A stretch of DNA of 64,000 nucleotides from Candidatus Dormiibacterota bacterium (GTDB lineage: Bacteria; Chloroflexota; Dormibacteria; Aeolococcales; Bog-877): positions 238 through 64,237 of the forward strand of contig DAHUYV010000161.1 of the NCBI GenBank assembly GCA_027306885.1, given 5' to 3'. The position numbers and the translations under genes were made by a program. Positions within the stretch are counted from its first letter, which is position 1, and every line of letters starts with the position of its first letter. Shown piece after piece: positions 1-8,326 of this stretch. The notes under the pieces were generated by a model, which had not been told where the DNA came from, searched no databases, and saw only the letters and a program-made list of their open reading frames with translations.

Positions 1-210
1 ACCGCGGCCGCTACCGAACCGGTGGCCAGGGCGGCCCCGGCCAGAAGTGCCAGCACACCGGCCCTGGTCGCGGGCCAAGCCAGCCGCCCCCACCGGCGGC
101 GCGGCGCTCCCGGTGCGACCCGGGCCTGGTAGCGAGGGCGGGCGGGGACCGCGGCGTCCTCGCTGGGGAGGACGGTCCGCAGCTCCTGCTCCAGCCAGGC
201 GTCGAATTCG

Positions 211-801
211 TCAGGCACTTGAAGCTCCGCGGGCTCGGCGGCCCCGCCCGTTCTCCGGGGGCCCGGCCGACACCGGGGCGCCTTCCTCTCCGGGCGGTAC
301 CTTGAGGATCGACACCAGCTTGCGTTTCGCGGCGGCCAGCCGCGAGGCCACTGTCCGCTCCGGAACTCCGATCGCCTCGGCGATCTCGCGGTTGCTGTAC
401 CCGTGGAGGTGCCGGAGCACGATTGCCGCCGCCTGGCGGGGGGGGAGCGCCTGAAGAGCCCCGATCAGTTGCATGGCCTCGACCTCGCTGGCGATGTCGG
501 GGACCACCTCAGGGCGTCCGAGACGACGGAGCGTCTCCCCGACCTGGCGCAGCGCCTGACGCCGCCGGTGGGTGATCGCCACGTTGATCGCGATCCGGTG
601 AATCCACACCGGCGCCGGAGCCTCGGGGCGAAACCTGGGCCAAGCCACGTAGGCACGCTCGAAGGCCTCCTGGACGCAGTCCTCGGCCGCAGAGGGCTCC
701 CGGACGATGGCTGTGACCGTCTGGAGCACCTTGGCGTAGGTGTCCCGGTACAGACGGTCGAAGTCCTGGGCCGAGCCCGCCTCGTATGCCACCTGGCGCA
801 C
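211..801 (-). CDS. ECF-family RNA polymerase sigma-70 factor
   Basis: 196-aa ORF with sigma-70 region 2 (DFDRLYRDTYAKV…CVQEAFERAY) and region 4 HTH (YSNREIAEAIGVPERTVASRL) motifs; ATG at 801. Confidence 0.8.
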   Translation of the reverse strand: MRQVAYEAGSAQDFDRLYRDTYAKVLQTVTAIVREPSAAEDCVQEAFERAYVAWPRFRPEAPAPVWIHRIAINVAITHRRRQALRQVGETLRRLGRPEVVPDIASEVEAMQLIGALQALPPRQAAAIVLRHLHGYSNREIAEAIGVPERTVASRLAAAKRKLVSILKVPPGEEGAPVSAGPPENGRGRRARGASSA

Positions 802-891
802 AGGTCATAGTGTGCACGACCCGGGCGCGCCCGCATCCCCTCTGCCAGGTCAGGTGTGGTCCCGGCGCGGTTCGGGAGCCGCGCCGCCGCC

Positions 892-1365
892 TCAGGTGAC
901 GTAATCGAGCGCCGTGGCGGTGATCGAGGCCGGGCCGATGCCAAAGTACCCGCCGAATCCGACCACCGGGATGGTCACTGTGATCTGGCAGTAGGTGGAC
1001 CCGTTGGCGCCGCCGCTGCTCGCCGTGCCCCCTCCGTCGGTGACCGTCATGGAGGCGGCGAACGGTCCAGCTGCCGACTTGGCGGCGCTCAGCATCCCGG
1101 TGGGGACCGTCGTGGCGGGACACTGCGCCGCGAGGGGGGCCCCGCCCGTCGGCGCCGCGAAGTTGACTGCCGCCACTCCCCACCGCGCCGCAGCCTGAGC
1201 GGCCTGATTGGCTACCTGCACTTCCAACACGTAGGTCACCGCACTGAAGAGGCCGATCACCGCGGCGAAGAAGATGGGGGCGATCAACGCGAACTCGACC
1301 ATGGTGGCGCCGGTTGCCCCGCATCGAGATCGGCGGCGGGGCCGAAGCAGCGACCGGGCACGCAT
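892..1365 (-). CDS. TadE-like Flp-pilus assembly pseudopilin
   Basis: N-terminus MRARSLLRPRRRS…GATMVEFALIAPIFFAAVIGLF matches the TadE N-terminal motif (basic stretch followed by VEFAL and a hydrophobic helix). Inner ATG chosen; the ORF track extends further upstream, to 1797. Confidence 0.65.
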   Translation of the reverse strand: MRARSLLRPRRRSRCGATGATMVEFALIAPIFFAAVIGLFSAVTYVLEVQVANQAAQAAARWGVAAVNFAAPTGGAPLAAQCPATTVPTGMLSAAKSAAGPFAASMTVTDGGGTASSGGANGSTYCQITVTIPVVGFGGYFGIGPASITATALDYVT

Positions 1366-1373
1366 GGCCTCTC

Positions 1374-1811
1374 TCACGCCTGCGGTACCACCAACACCTC
1401 GACCTTGGAGCCGATGTCGACCGGGGATGGCAGCAGTGGCGTCAGCAGCGGCAGCGCACAGCTGACGGTGATCGGCTGGTAGTAGCTTCCCGAGCTGTCG
1501 TATGGGATCGTGGCTCCCACCGTCACCGTCACATCCGCGGACGGGCAGCCCAGGAGTCCCGTGCCGCTCCCGGCGTTGCTCTCGGCGATCGCCTGGAGGT
1601 CCGCCGTGGTGTACCCGGATGCCGACACTGTGGTCACCGGCGGGTTGTCCGACGCGTACAGGCCCGCCTGCCGGGCGCCGTCGGCAATCTGGATCCCCAC
1701 GAAGTAGGCCCGGGCCAGGTCGGCTCCACCGCTGAGGAGCAAGAGCAGGATGGGCACCACGAGGGCGAACTCGACAAGGCTCTGCCCCCGGAGCCACTTG
1801 CGCCCGCCCAC
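1374..1811 (-). CDS. TadE-like Flp-pilus assembly pseudopilin
   Basis: Motif GGRKWLRGQSLVEFALVVPILLLLLSGG. GTG at 1811 chosen (1 nt after the upstream gene's stop); the ORF-track ATG at 1865 is an alternative start. Confidence 0.6.
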   Translation of the reverse strand: MGGRKWLRGQSLVEFALVVPILLLLLSGGADLARAYFVGIQIADGARQAGLYASDNPPVTTVSASGYTTADLQAIAESNAGSGTGLLGCPSADVTVTVGATIPYDSSGSYYQPITVSCALPLLTPLLPSPVDIGSKVEVLVVPQA

Positions 1812-1812
1812 G

Positions 1813-2910
1813 CTACTGGTACAACTCCACGCCGAATGGGGCGTTCGTGGGGGTCGACGAGGCACAGGTGGCGTCGCCGACGGGGCAGATGGTGATCCCG
1901 CCCGTGGTGGGGGAGGTGTTCACCACCTGACCGATTATCTGGGTGGGCGAGGAGGATGTGATCACCACCGCGATCAACCCGGCGTAGGTCAGTTCGTAGG
2001 GACCCGAGTTGGCGGCGCTTGTCCCTGGACAGTACCCCTTCTGATAGGAGCTGATCATGGGCACCAAGTAGACCTGCCCCACTGTCAGCGCTGGAGGGGT
2101 CTTGACGCCGACCCCTGGCCCGGTCTGGATGCAGCTGGGAACCGGCAGCGGAAGGTTGATCTGGCTCACCGGGTCGATGTACCCCTTGAAGCTGGCGGGG
2201 GTCCCGAATCCACCGGTGTCCTTCCACCAGGAGCTGTCCAGCAGGACCACCTGGTCCCCAACCGCCAGCGCTCCGCCCGTCCCGCCCCCGTAGCAGAAGG
2301 CGTTCCAGGTGGCGAACGGAGCAGCGCCTCCCCCCGCGGGGCCGAACAGGGCGGTGCCCGAGGCGTCCTCGGTGGCGGTGCCGATGCCCACCAACTGGAG
2401 CACGAAGGTGGGGTGCGAGTCGGTGGCCGACACCTTGACCCCGGAGGGCCCAGTCCACGCCCCCTCCGTGCAGAGGTTAGCGGTGCTGTAGACGGAGATC
2501 GGTCCGTTGTCGGTCAGCGGTGGGGTCGAGGAGGAGTTGTAGGTCACAAAGTCAGCGGTCGGGGTGCTGGTCGCCTTCCCCTGGGCGGTCGCGGCGTCGC
2601 TGGCGATCTTCCCCACAACGTCGGCGATGTTGGTGGCTGTGAACGGCATCGAGCCGCCGTTCACGCACGCGGCGTGGTCCTGCAAGAGCATGTAGGCCCC
2701 AGACTGCGCCGCGGTGTCGGTGCCGGCTTGGAGAGCCCGTTGCGACACGAAGCTCTGCCCGGAGTCGAGGGCGAGTCCGGCAATTACCACGATCGCCACG
2801 GCCGCGAGCGCGAAGAGCACCGCCACCTGGCCGCTCTCCGGACCACGGCTCGACTGCCGCCGGAGGAAGTGCAGGGCGAGCCGCCCAGACCGGCTGCGGG
2901 CGCTCACTCG
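1813..2910 (-). CDS. TadG/TadE-like pilus assembly protein (pilin-like N-terminus, Gly/Thr/Ser-rich body)
   Basis: N-terminal segment RRQSSRGPESGQVAVLFALAAVAIVVIAGLALDSGQ is typical of TadG-type proteins. Start uncertain: GTG near 2910, or the ORF-track ATG at 3018. The rest of the protein is low-complexity G/T/S/A-rich. Confidence 0.55.
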   Translation of the reverse strand, partial: RVSARSRSGRLALHFLRRQSSRGPESGQVAVLFALAAVAIVVIAGLALDSGQSFVSQRALQAGTDTAAQSGAYMLLQDHAACVNGGSMPFTATNIADVVGKIASDAATAQGKATSTPTADFVTYNSSSTPPLTDNGPISVYSTANLCTEGAWTGPSGVKVSATDSHPTFVLQLVGIGTATEDASGTALFGPAGGGAAPFATWNAFCYGGGTGGALAVGDQVVLLDSSWWKDTGGFGTPASFKGYIDPVSQINLPLPVPSCIQTGPGVGVKTPPALTVGQVYLVPMISSYQKGYCPGTSAANSGPYELTYAGLIAVVITSSSPTQIIGQVVNTSPTTGGITICPVGDATCASSTPTNAPFGVELYQ

Positions 2911-3347
2911 CACCGGCCAGTTTGAGCGGTCATCCCCACCGCGCCTGCAGCCCGGCCGCGATCCCGCTCCCAGATGGAAGGACCTTAAGGCCTGACGAAT
3001 CCATTTCTCTCCTGCCACTCCCGGAGGCGGCGCAGCTATCTGAATTCTGGGCCAAATTGCGGGCGGAGGCGACCGTGGGGGTGGCAGACCGTCTGGCCCA
3101 CCAGGTATTGAGATTCACACAACCAAAACGCCCCGACCCGCCGGGCTACCCGCTGCCGGAAGCAACAATGGCGTGAGCTCCACGGCACAGCCCCGTCACG
3201 GCGGTCGGCCGCCGGCTTCATCTTGGGCCCTGGAGGGGCGTCCATCGCCACGGCTGCCGGCTCACCGCTACGGGGCACCCCAGGGCGGGGCCACCCCGCT
3301 TCGACACCAGGTCATCACCGAATTCAGCACCTGGCCCGGTCTCCGGT

Positions 3348-3376
3348 TTGACCCCCTGGGGGAGAGCGCCTATACT
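3348..3376 (+). promoter_or_regulatory. Near-consensus sigma-70 promoter upstream of rpmG–tRNA-Trp–secE–nusG
   Basis: TTGACC (3348-3353), 17-nt spacer CCCTGGGGGAGAGCGCC, TATACT (3371-3376), about 50 nt upstream of the rpmG GTG start. Confidence 0.5.
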
Positions 3377-3426
3377 CCTAGCGAAGCCTGGCTCGGCCAG
3401 GCGTTTTTGTGTGGAGAGATTCCAAG

Positions 3427-3579
3427 GTGCCTGCCACCATCATCACCCTGCAGTGCGGCGAGTGCCGGGAGCGCAACTACACCACCCAGAAGAACAAGCG
3501 CAACGACCCCGACCGTCTGGAGTTGCGCAAGTACTGTCGGCGCTGCCGGCGGCACACCTCCCACCGAGAGACCAAGTAG
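3427..3579 (+). CDS. rpmG: 50S ribosomal protein L33
   Basis: Hand-translated 50-aa ORF, below the ORF-track size cutoff: [50 protein letters not shown]. Matches the L33 family, including the CxxC…CxxC zinc ribbon. GTG start. Confidence 0.8.
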   Translation: MPATIITLQCGECRERNYTTQKNKRNDPDRLELRKYCRRCRRHTSHRETK

Positions 3580-3601
3580 GGGGCGGCAGCCGGAACTTCG
3601 A

Positions 3602-3674
3602 AGGGGCGTAGCTCAGTTGGTAGAGCAGCGGTCTCCAAAACCGCAGGTCGCGCGTTCGAGTCGTGCCGCCCCTG
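3602..3674 (+). tRNA. trpT: tRNA-Trp (anticodon CCA)
   Basis: Cloverleaf read by eye. Acceptor AGGGGCG/CGCCCCU; D-arm GCUC-AGUUGGUA-GAGC; anticodon stem GCGGU/ACCGC with loop CUCCAAA (anticodon CCA); T-arm GCGCG-UUCGAGU-CGUGC; discriminator G. CCA tail not encoded. The position between rpmG and secE is a conserved location for this tRNA. Confidence 0.9.
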
Positions 3675-3706
3675 CAGAACAGAGCGACGGCTGAGAGGAA
3701 GCGCAA

Positions 3707-4036
3707 TTGGCGAATTCGGTGGGGGAGGCGTCCCCCGAGCGGCAAGAACGCGGCGGGTACCTCCGGGAGGTCTGGAGCGAGCTCCGCAAGACGGTCTGGC
3801 CGACCTGGCCTGAGCTACGGCAGATGACTGGGGTCGTGATCGTGACGGTGGTACTGTTGGGGGTCTTCCTGGGGCTGCTCGACTTCGGGCTCACCGCCGC
3901 GCTCGCCCCTCTCTACACCAGCAACACTCCCGCAACCGCCACCATCACCCCCTCCACCTCGGCGCCCGCCGCGACGCCGACCCCGACTGGAACCCCGAGC
4001 CCCTCGGCCGCGCCGTCCGTCTCGCCCACCCCATGA
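3707..4036 (+). CDS. secE: Preprotein translocase subunit SecE, with a roughly 43-aa Pro/Thr/Ser/Ala-rich C-terminal tail
   Basis: LREVWSELRKTVWPTWPELRQMTGVVIVTVVLLGVFLGLLDFGL is the conserved SecE C-terminal transmembrane helix. TTG start preceded by a GAGAGG ribosome-binding site. Stop overlaps the nusG start. Confidence 0.8.
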   Translation: MANSVGEASPERQERGGYLREVWSELRKTVWPTWPELRQMTGVVIVTVVLLGVFLGLLDFGLTAALAPLYTSNTPATATITPSTSAPAATPTPTGTPSPSAAPSVSPTP

Positions 4037-4623
4037 GCCCAGCCAACCTGACCGGGAGCCAAGCCGTGACCCCAGCTACGAAGTCACCGACCGACCAGGC
4101 CCAGTGGTACGTGATCCACGCCTACTCGGGCCACGAGGACAAGGTCCGGGCCAACCTGCTGAAGCGGGTGGAGTCCATGGACATGCACGACCAGATTTTC
4201 GAGGTGCTGGTGCCCACCGAGGATGTTCTGGAGATCAAGGACGGCCAGCGGAGGCATGTCTCCAAGCGGATCTTCCCCGGCTACATCCTGGTCCGGATGG
4301 TGATGTCCGACGAGTCGTGGTACGTGGTCCGCAACACCCCCGGGGTGACCAGCTTCGTTGGCTCGGGGACCCGGCCGGTGCCGCTCCAGGAGACCGAGGT
4401 CCGTTCGATCCAGCGGACGATGGGCACCGAGGTTCCCTCCAAGGTCCAGGTTGAGTTCAAGGTGGGCGACTCGGTGCGGGTGGTCGACGGCCCGTTCACC
4501 GACTTCCACGGGAAGGTGGGGGAGATCAGCCCAGAGAAGGGCAAGCTCAAGGTCATGGTCAACATGTTCGGCAGGGAGACGCCCGTGGAGCTGGATCTGC
4601 TCCAGGTGGAGCGCCTGCGCTAG
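4033..4623 (+). CDS. nusG: Transcription termination/antitermination factor NusG
   Basis: NGN and KOW domains: WYVIHAYSGHEDKV…, GDSVRVVDGPFTDFHGKVGEI. Confidence 0.95.
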   Translation: MSPANLTGSQAVTPATKSPTDQAQWYVIHAYSGHEDKVRANLLKRVESMDMHDQIFEVLVPTEDVLEIKDGQRRHVSKRIFPGYILVRMVMSDESWYVVRNTPGVTSFVGSGTRPVPLQETEVRSIQRTMGTEVPSKVQVEFKVGDSVRVVDGPFTDFHGKVGEISPEKGKLKVMVNMFGRETPVELDLLQVERLR

Positions 4624-4634
4624 GAGTGAGATAA

Positions 4635-5063
4635 GTGGGCAAGAAGAAGGTCAAGACAGTCCTCCGCCTGGCCATCGAGGCTGGCAAGGCCAGCCCGGGC
4701 TACCCGATCGGGCCGGCCCTGGGCCAGCACTCCGTGAACATCATGGAGTTCTGCCGCGCCTACAACGAGAAGACCGAGGCCCAGGCGGGCATGGTGATCC
4801 CGGCCGAGATCACCATATATGAGGACCGCAGCTTCACCTTCATCACCAAGACCCCGCCGACCGCCGACCTCATCAAGCGGGCCGCGGGGATCTCCAAGGG
4901 ATCGGCCAAGGCTCCCCGAGAGCAGGTGGGCGAGCTCTCCCACCTCCAGGCCCTGGAGATCGCGGCGACCAAGCTGCCGGACCTCAACGCCGAGGACGTG
5001 GAGGCGGCCGCCCGGATGGTCGAGGGGACCGCCAGGTCCATGGGAGTCAAGGTCACCGCCTGA
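4635..5063 (+). CDS. rplK: 50S ribosomal protein L11
   Basis: [40 protein letters not shown]…. Confidence 0.95.
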   Translation: MGKKKVKTVLRLAIEAGKASPGYPIGPALGQHSVNIMEFCRAYNEKTEAQAGMVIPAEITIYEDRSFTFITKTPPTADLIKRAAGISKGSAKAPREQVGELSHLQALEIAATKLPDLNAEDVEAAARMVEGTARSMGVKVTA

Positions 5064-5119
5064 CCGTCAACGTGGGAGGGCGCCCGGCGCCCGCCAGCAC
5101 CACCAGAGGAGTAACGAAG

Positions 5120-5830
5120 ATGCCCGAAGGTCACGGCAAGAAGTACCGCGAGGCCGCCAAGCTCACCGCCGAGCAGCCCCCCGCCGATCCCCAGACCGGG
5201 GTCCGCCTGGTCAAGCAGGCCAGCACCTCGCGGTTCGCTGGGACCGTCGAGTTGCACGTTCGCCTCGGGGTTGATCCGCGGCATGCCGACCAAATGGTGC
5301 GGAGCAGCGTGGTGCTGCCCCATGGCACCGGTCGCCAGCGGCGCATAGCTGTGTTCGCCCAGGGGGAGAAGGAGCGGGAGGCGCGGGACGCGGGAGCGGA
5401 CATCATCGGTGGTGAGGATCTGGTGAAGCGGGTTCAGGATGGCTTCACCGAGTTCGACGTCGCCCTGGCGACCCCTGACCTCATGGGGTCGGTGGGGCGG
5501 CTTGGGAAGATCCTCGGCCCGCGCGGTCTCATGCCCAACCCCAAAGCCGGGACCGTCACCTTCGACATCGCTCGGGCGGTGAAGGAGGTGCAGGCCGGGC
5601 GGGTGGAGTTCCGGGTCGATCGCTACGGGATCATCCACGTGCCGGTGGGCAAGACCGACTTCGCCGATGAGGCGCTGCTCGAGAATCTGGCCACCATGAT
5701 GGAGGCGATCGTCAAAGCGAAGCCTCAGGCGGCCAAGGGCTCATACGTCCGGGCCTGCTTCCTGGCTCCGACCATGGGCCCCAGCGTGCGCCTGGACCCG
5801 GCCGCGGCGGCGCGCCTCAGCCCAGCCTGA
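5120..5830 (+). CDS. rplA: 50S ribosomal protein L1
   Basis: MPEGHGKKYREAAKL… is a typical L1 N-terminus. Inner ATG chosen over the ORF-track start at 5072. Confidence 0.9.
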   Translation: MPEGHGKKYREAAKLTAEQPPADPQTGVRLVKQASTSRFAGTVELHVRLGVDPRHADQMVRSSVVLPHGTGRQRRIAVFAQGEKEREARDAGADIIGGEDLVKRVQDGFTEFDVALATPDLMGSVGRLGKILGPRGLMPNPKAGTVTFDIARAVKEVQAGRVEFRVDRYGIIHVPVGKTDFADEALLENLATMMEAIVKAKPQAAKGSYVRACFLAPTMGPSVRLDPAAAARLSPA

Positions 5831-5835
5831 GGAAG

Positions 5836-5859
5836 GAGCCCGCCCTTCGGGACGGGCCA
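5836..5859 (+). terminator. GC-rich stem-loop immediately after rplA (weak intrinsic terminator or attenuator)
   Basis: GCCCGCCC-TTC-GGGACGGGC hairpin 6 nt after the stop codon, with no U-tract. Confidence 0.3.
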
Positions 5860-5997
5860 ACCTTCGCCGGTGAGGGACCCCTAGACGGATTCACTGATCC
5901 CCATTCGGGTGGATTCGCGGCGGTGCTGCGCGTCCCCGGTCCCCATGGTTGTGGCGTCGGGGGTGTCGGCCGAGTTGCGGCCTGATGGGGGTCAACC

Positions 5998-7551
5998 GTG
6001 AGCGCTGGACGCTACGTGATCGGAATCGACAGTGGGACTTCGGTAGTCAAGGTGGCGGTCTTCGACCTCAATGGTCGGGAGGTTGCGGTGGCCAGCCGCA
6101 AGACCCCCGTCATCGAGGCCCGGCCCGGGTGGTCCGAGTTTGACATGGAGGTCGACTGGCGGGAGGCCGCCCTGGCGATAAAGGAGGCGCTGGCCCTGGC
6201 TCAGGCCATGCCCGACGACATCGCCGCGGTCGGCGTTTCGGGCAAAGGGATCGGAGTCTGCTTCCTGGACCACGAGCTGCGCCCGGTTAGGCCCGCTGTG
6301 CTCTGGAACGACGCCCGTGCCGTCCCGCTCATGGAGGAGTGGATGGCCAGCGGCGTGATGGATGAGATCTTCTCGATCAGCGCCAACTGGCTGGTGCCCG
6401 GCGACATGGGCCTTCTCATCCCTTGGATGGCGGCGAACGATCCGGGGGTTCTGGCCAAGACCCGAACCATCTGCCTTCCCACTGGCTGGCTCGCCTACAA
6501 CCTGACCGGCGTTCTCCAGTTCAATCGAGCCGACGCCTACAGCCAGATCGACGTCCACACCATGGAGTACTCGGAGCGGATCCTCGAGATCGAGGGGGTT
6601 GCCTCCTTCCGCCACATCTATCCGGAGTTCGGCAACCCCTGGGACGTGGTGGGCGAGGTGACCGCCGCCGCCGCCCAACAGACTGGTCTGGCCGAGGGGA
6701 CCCCGGTGGTGCGGCTGGGCTTCGACGTAGTCGCGTGCGCCGCCGGGGTGGGGGCCGTCAACCCCGGCCAGGCCAACATCATCCTCGGCACCGCGGGGGT
6801 CCTGGAGCTGGTCCTTGACGAGCCCCTGTTCCAACCCGAACGGCTCGGCCTGCAGTACATCCACTCCGTGCCCGGCAAGTGGCTAAAGCTGATCGCCCCG
6901 ATGTCGGCCACTCCGCACGTGGACTGGTTCGTCGGCCAGCTCGCAGCCGCCGACCAGGCCCGCGCCGACGCCGAGGGACTGGGGTTGTTCGAGCTGTTCG
7001 ATCAGGAGGTGGCCCGGGTCCCGGCGGGCTCCGGCGGTGTCCTCTTCCACCCCTACATGAGCTCCAACGGGGAGCGGGCACCATTCACCAAGACAACCGC
7101 CAAGGGCAACTTCTTCGGGCTGGGCTGGCACGCCAGCCGGCATCACCTGCTGCGCGCCATCTACGAGGGGATCGCCTTCTCCAACCGACATTGCCTGGAC
7201 GTCAGCCCGGTCAAGGTGACCGACATCCGCCTCTCCGGCGGCGGCGCCAAGAGCCCGGTGTGGGCCCAGATCTTCGCCGACGTTCTGGACGCTACCATCC
7301 GGATCCCCTCGGGGTCGGAACTGGGAGCCAAGGGGGCGGCCTGGAACGCGGCCCACGCGGTTGGGCTCTTTGCCACCAGGGAGGAGGCGATCGCCGCCTT
7401 CTGCGCCGTCGAGCGCTCCTACGAGCCCGATCCCACTCGCGCCTCCCTCTACGGGGAGCTTTATGAGGTGTACAAGACGATTCCCTCGGCGCTCTTCGAC
7501 GCCTGGGATGCCCGGGCTCGGTTTCTGAAGCGGTGGGAGATCGAGGCCTGA
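5998..7551 (+). CDS. FGGY-family carbohydrate kinase
   Basis: 517 aa. N-terminal YVIGIDSGTSVVKVAVFDLNGREV… and C-terminal …RLSGGGAKSPVWAQIFADVL… are FGGY signatures. GTG start. Confidence 0.85.
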   Translation: MSAGRYVIGIDSGTSVVKVAVFDLNGREVAVASRKTPVIEARPGWSEFDMEVDWREAALAIKEALALAQAMPDDIAAVGVSGKGIGVCFLDHELRPVRPAVLWNDARAVPLMEEWMASGVMDEIFSISANWLVPGDMGLLIPWMAANDPGVLAKTRTICLPTGWLAYNLTGVLQFNRADAYSQIDVHTMEYSERILEIEGVASFRHIYPEFGNPWDVVGEVTAAAAQQTGLAEGTPVVRLGFDVVACAAGVGAVNPGQANIILGTAGVLELVLDEPLFQPERLGLQYIHSVPGKWLKLIAPMSATPHVDWFVGQLAAADQARADAEGLGLFELFDQEVARVPAGSGGVLFHPYMSSNGERAPFTKTTAKGNFFGLGWHASRHHLLRAIYEGIAFSNRHCLDVSPVKVTDIRLSGGGAKSPVWAQIFADVLDATIRIPSGSELGAKGAAWNAAHAVGLFATREEAIAAFCAVERSYEPDPTRASLYGELYEVYKTIPSALFDAWDARARFLKRWEIEA

Positions 7552-7666
7552 CCGTGCCCGAACCGCATCGGCCGGGGCGTCGTCGGAAGGCCCTCCAACG
7601 GCGTCCAGGGGGGAGACCGGCGGCAAAGTGGGGGTGGGACGTACTCAGTTCACTGGGAGGGTTCTG

Positions 7667-8323
7667 ATGACGGAGCTCAGCGCGAGCGACCTGGCTGCGC
7701 GGGTCGATGCCTCGGTACCAATTCCGGCCGCCACCGAGGCGGAGCTCTGGGAGTGGTTCTCTCGCCTTGAGCCTTGGCGGCTGGCGGCGGTCGCCGTGGA
7801 ACCGGCGATGGTCGGGCTGGCCAGCAAGTGGTTCCATCCCCGAGGGCAGCCCGTCTGCGGCCTCATCGCCTACCCGCTGGGGGCGATGACGACCGGAGCC
7901 AAGGTGGTTCAGGCTGAGCAGGCGCTGTCTGACGGCGCCGACGAGCTGGATATCGCCATGGACCTCTCGGCGTTCCGCTCCGGGGACTACGGCAAGGTAG
8001 TAGACGACCTGCGCACGGTGCGCTGGTTGGCCGGAGACCGCACGGTCAAATGCATCTACTACTCTTCGCTCCTCAGCGAGTCGGAGGGCCTGGAGGCGGC
8101 GGCCCTCGCGGTGGAGGCCGGGATCACCTTTCTCAAGACCAACCCTGGCTATGGGAACGTGACCGCTCCCGAGCAGGTCGCCGCCGTCCGCCGGCGCTTC
8201 GGCCAGGAGGTGCGTGTGATGGCGTCTGGGGGTATCCGCAACCGGGCCGAGGCCCTTTCCATGATCGCCAGTGGAGCCGACCGGGTCGCCACCAGCTCCT
8301 TGGTCGGAGTCCTGGGAGGGTAG
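7667..8323 (+). CDS. Divergent DeoC/LacD-family class-I aldolase (deoxyribose-phosphate aldolase-like paralogue)
   Basis: DeoC-like layout with the Schiff-base lysine context altered to ITFLKTNPGY and a conserved end …MASGGIRNRAEALSMIASGADRVATSS. Inner ATG (MTELSAS…) preceded by a GGGAGG ribosome-binding site. Confidence 0.65.
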   Translation: MTELSASDLAARVDASVPIPAATEAELWEWFSRLEPWRLAAVAVEPAMVGLASKWFHPRGQPVCGLIAYPLGAMTTGAKVVQAEQALSDGADELDIAMDLSAFRSGDYGKVVDDLRTVRWLAGDRTVKCIYYSSLLSESEGLEAAALAVEAGITFLKTNPGYGNVTAPEQVAAVRRRFGQEVRVMASGGIRNRAEALSMIASGADRVATSSLVGVLGG

Positions 8324-8326
8324 GCG

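Noticed and set aside
47-454. 135-aa plus-strand ORF at the window start.
   Set aside because: Arg/Pro/Ala-rich with no family resemblance. It overlaps the 3' end of the well-supported ECF sigma gene on the other strand.
5072-5119. Longer N-terminal extensions offered by the ORF track for rplA. The same applies to tuf (39738), rpsJ (40951), rpsM (53457), glmS (60995), cdaR (59877), the 19213-20691 aldehyde dehydrogenase (20847) and the binding protein (26343).
   Set aside because: Conserved family N-termini begin at internal start codons. The extensions are Arg/Pro-rich read-through of upstream sequence.
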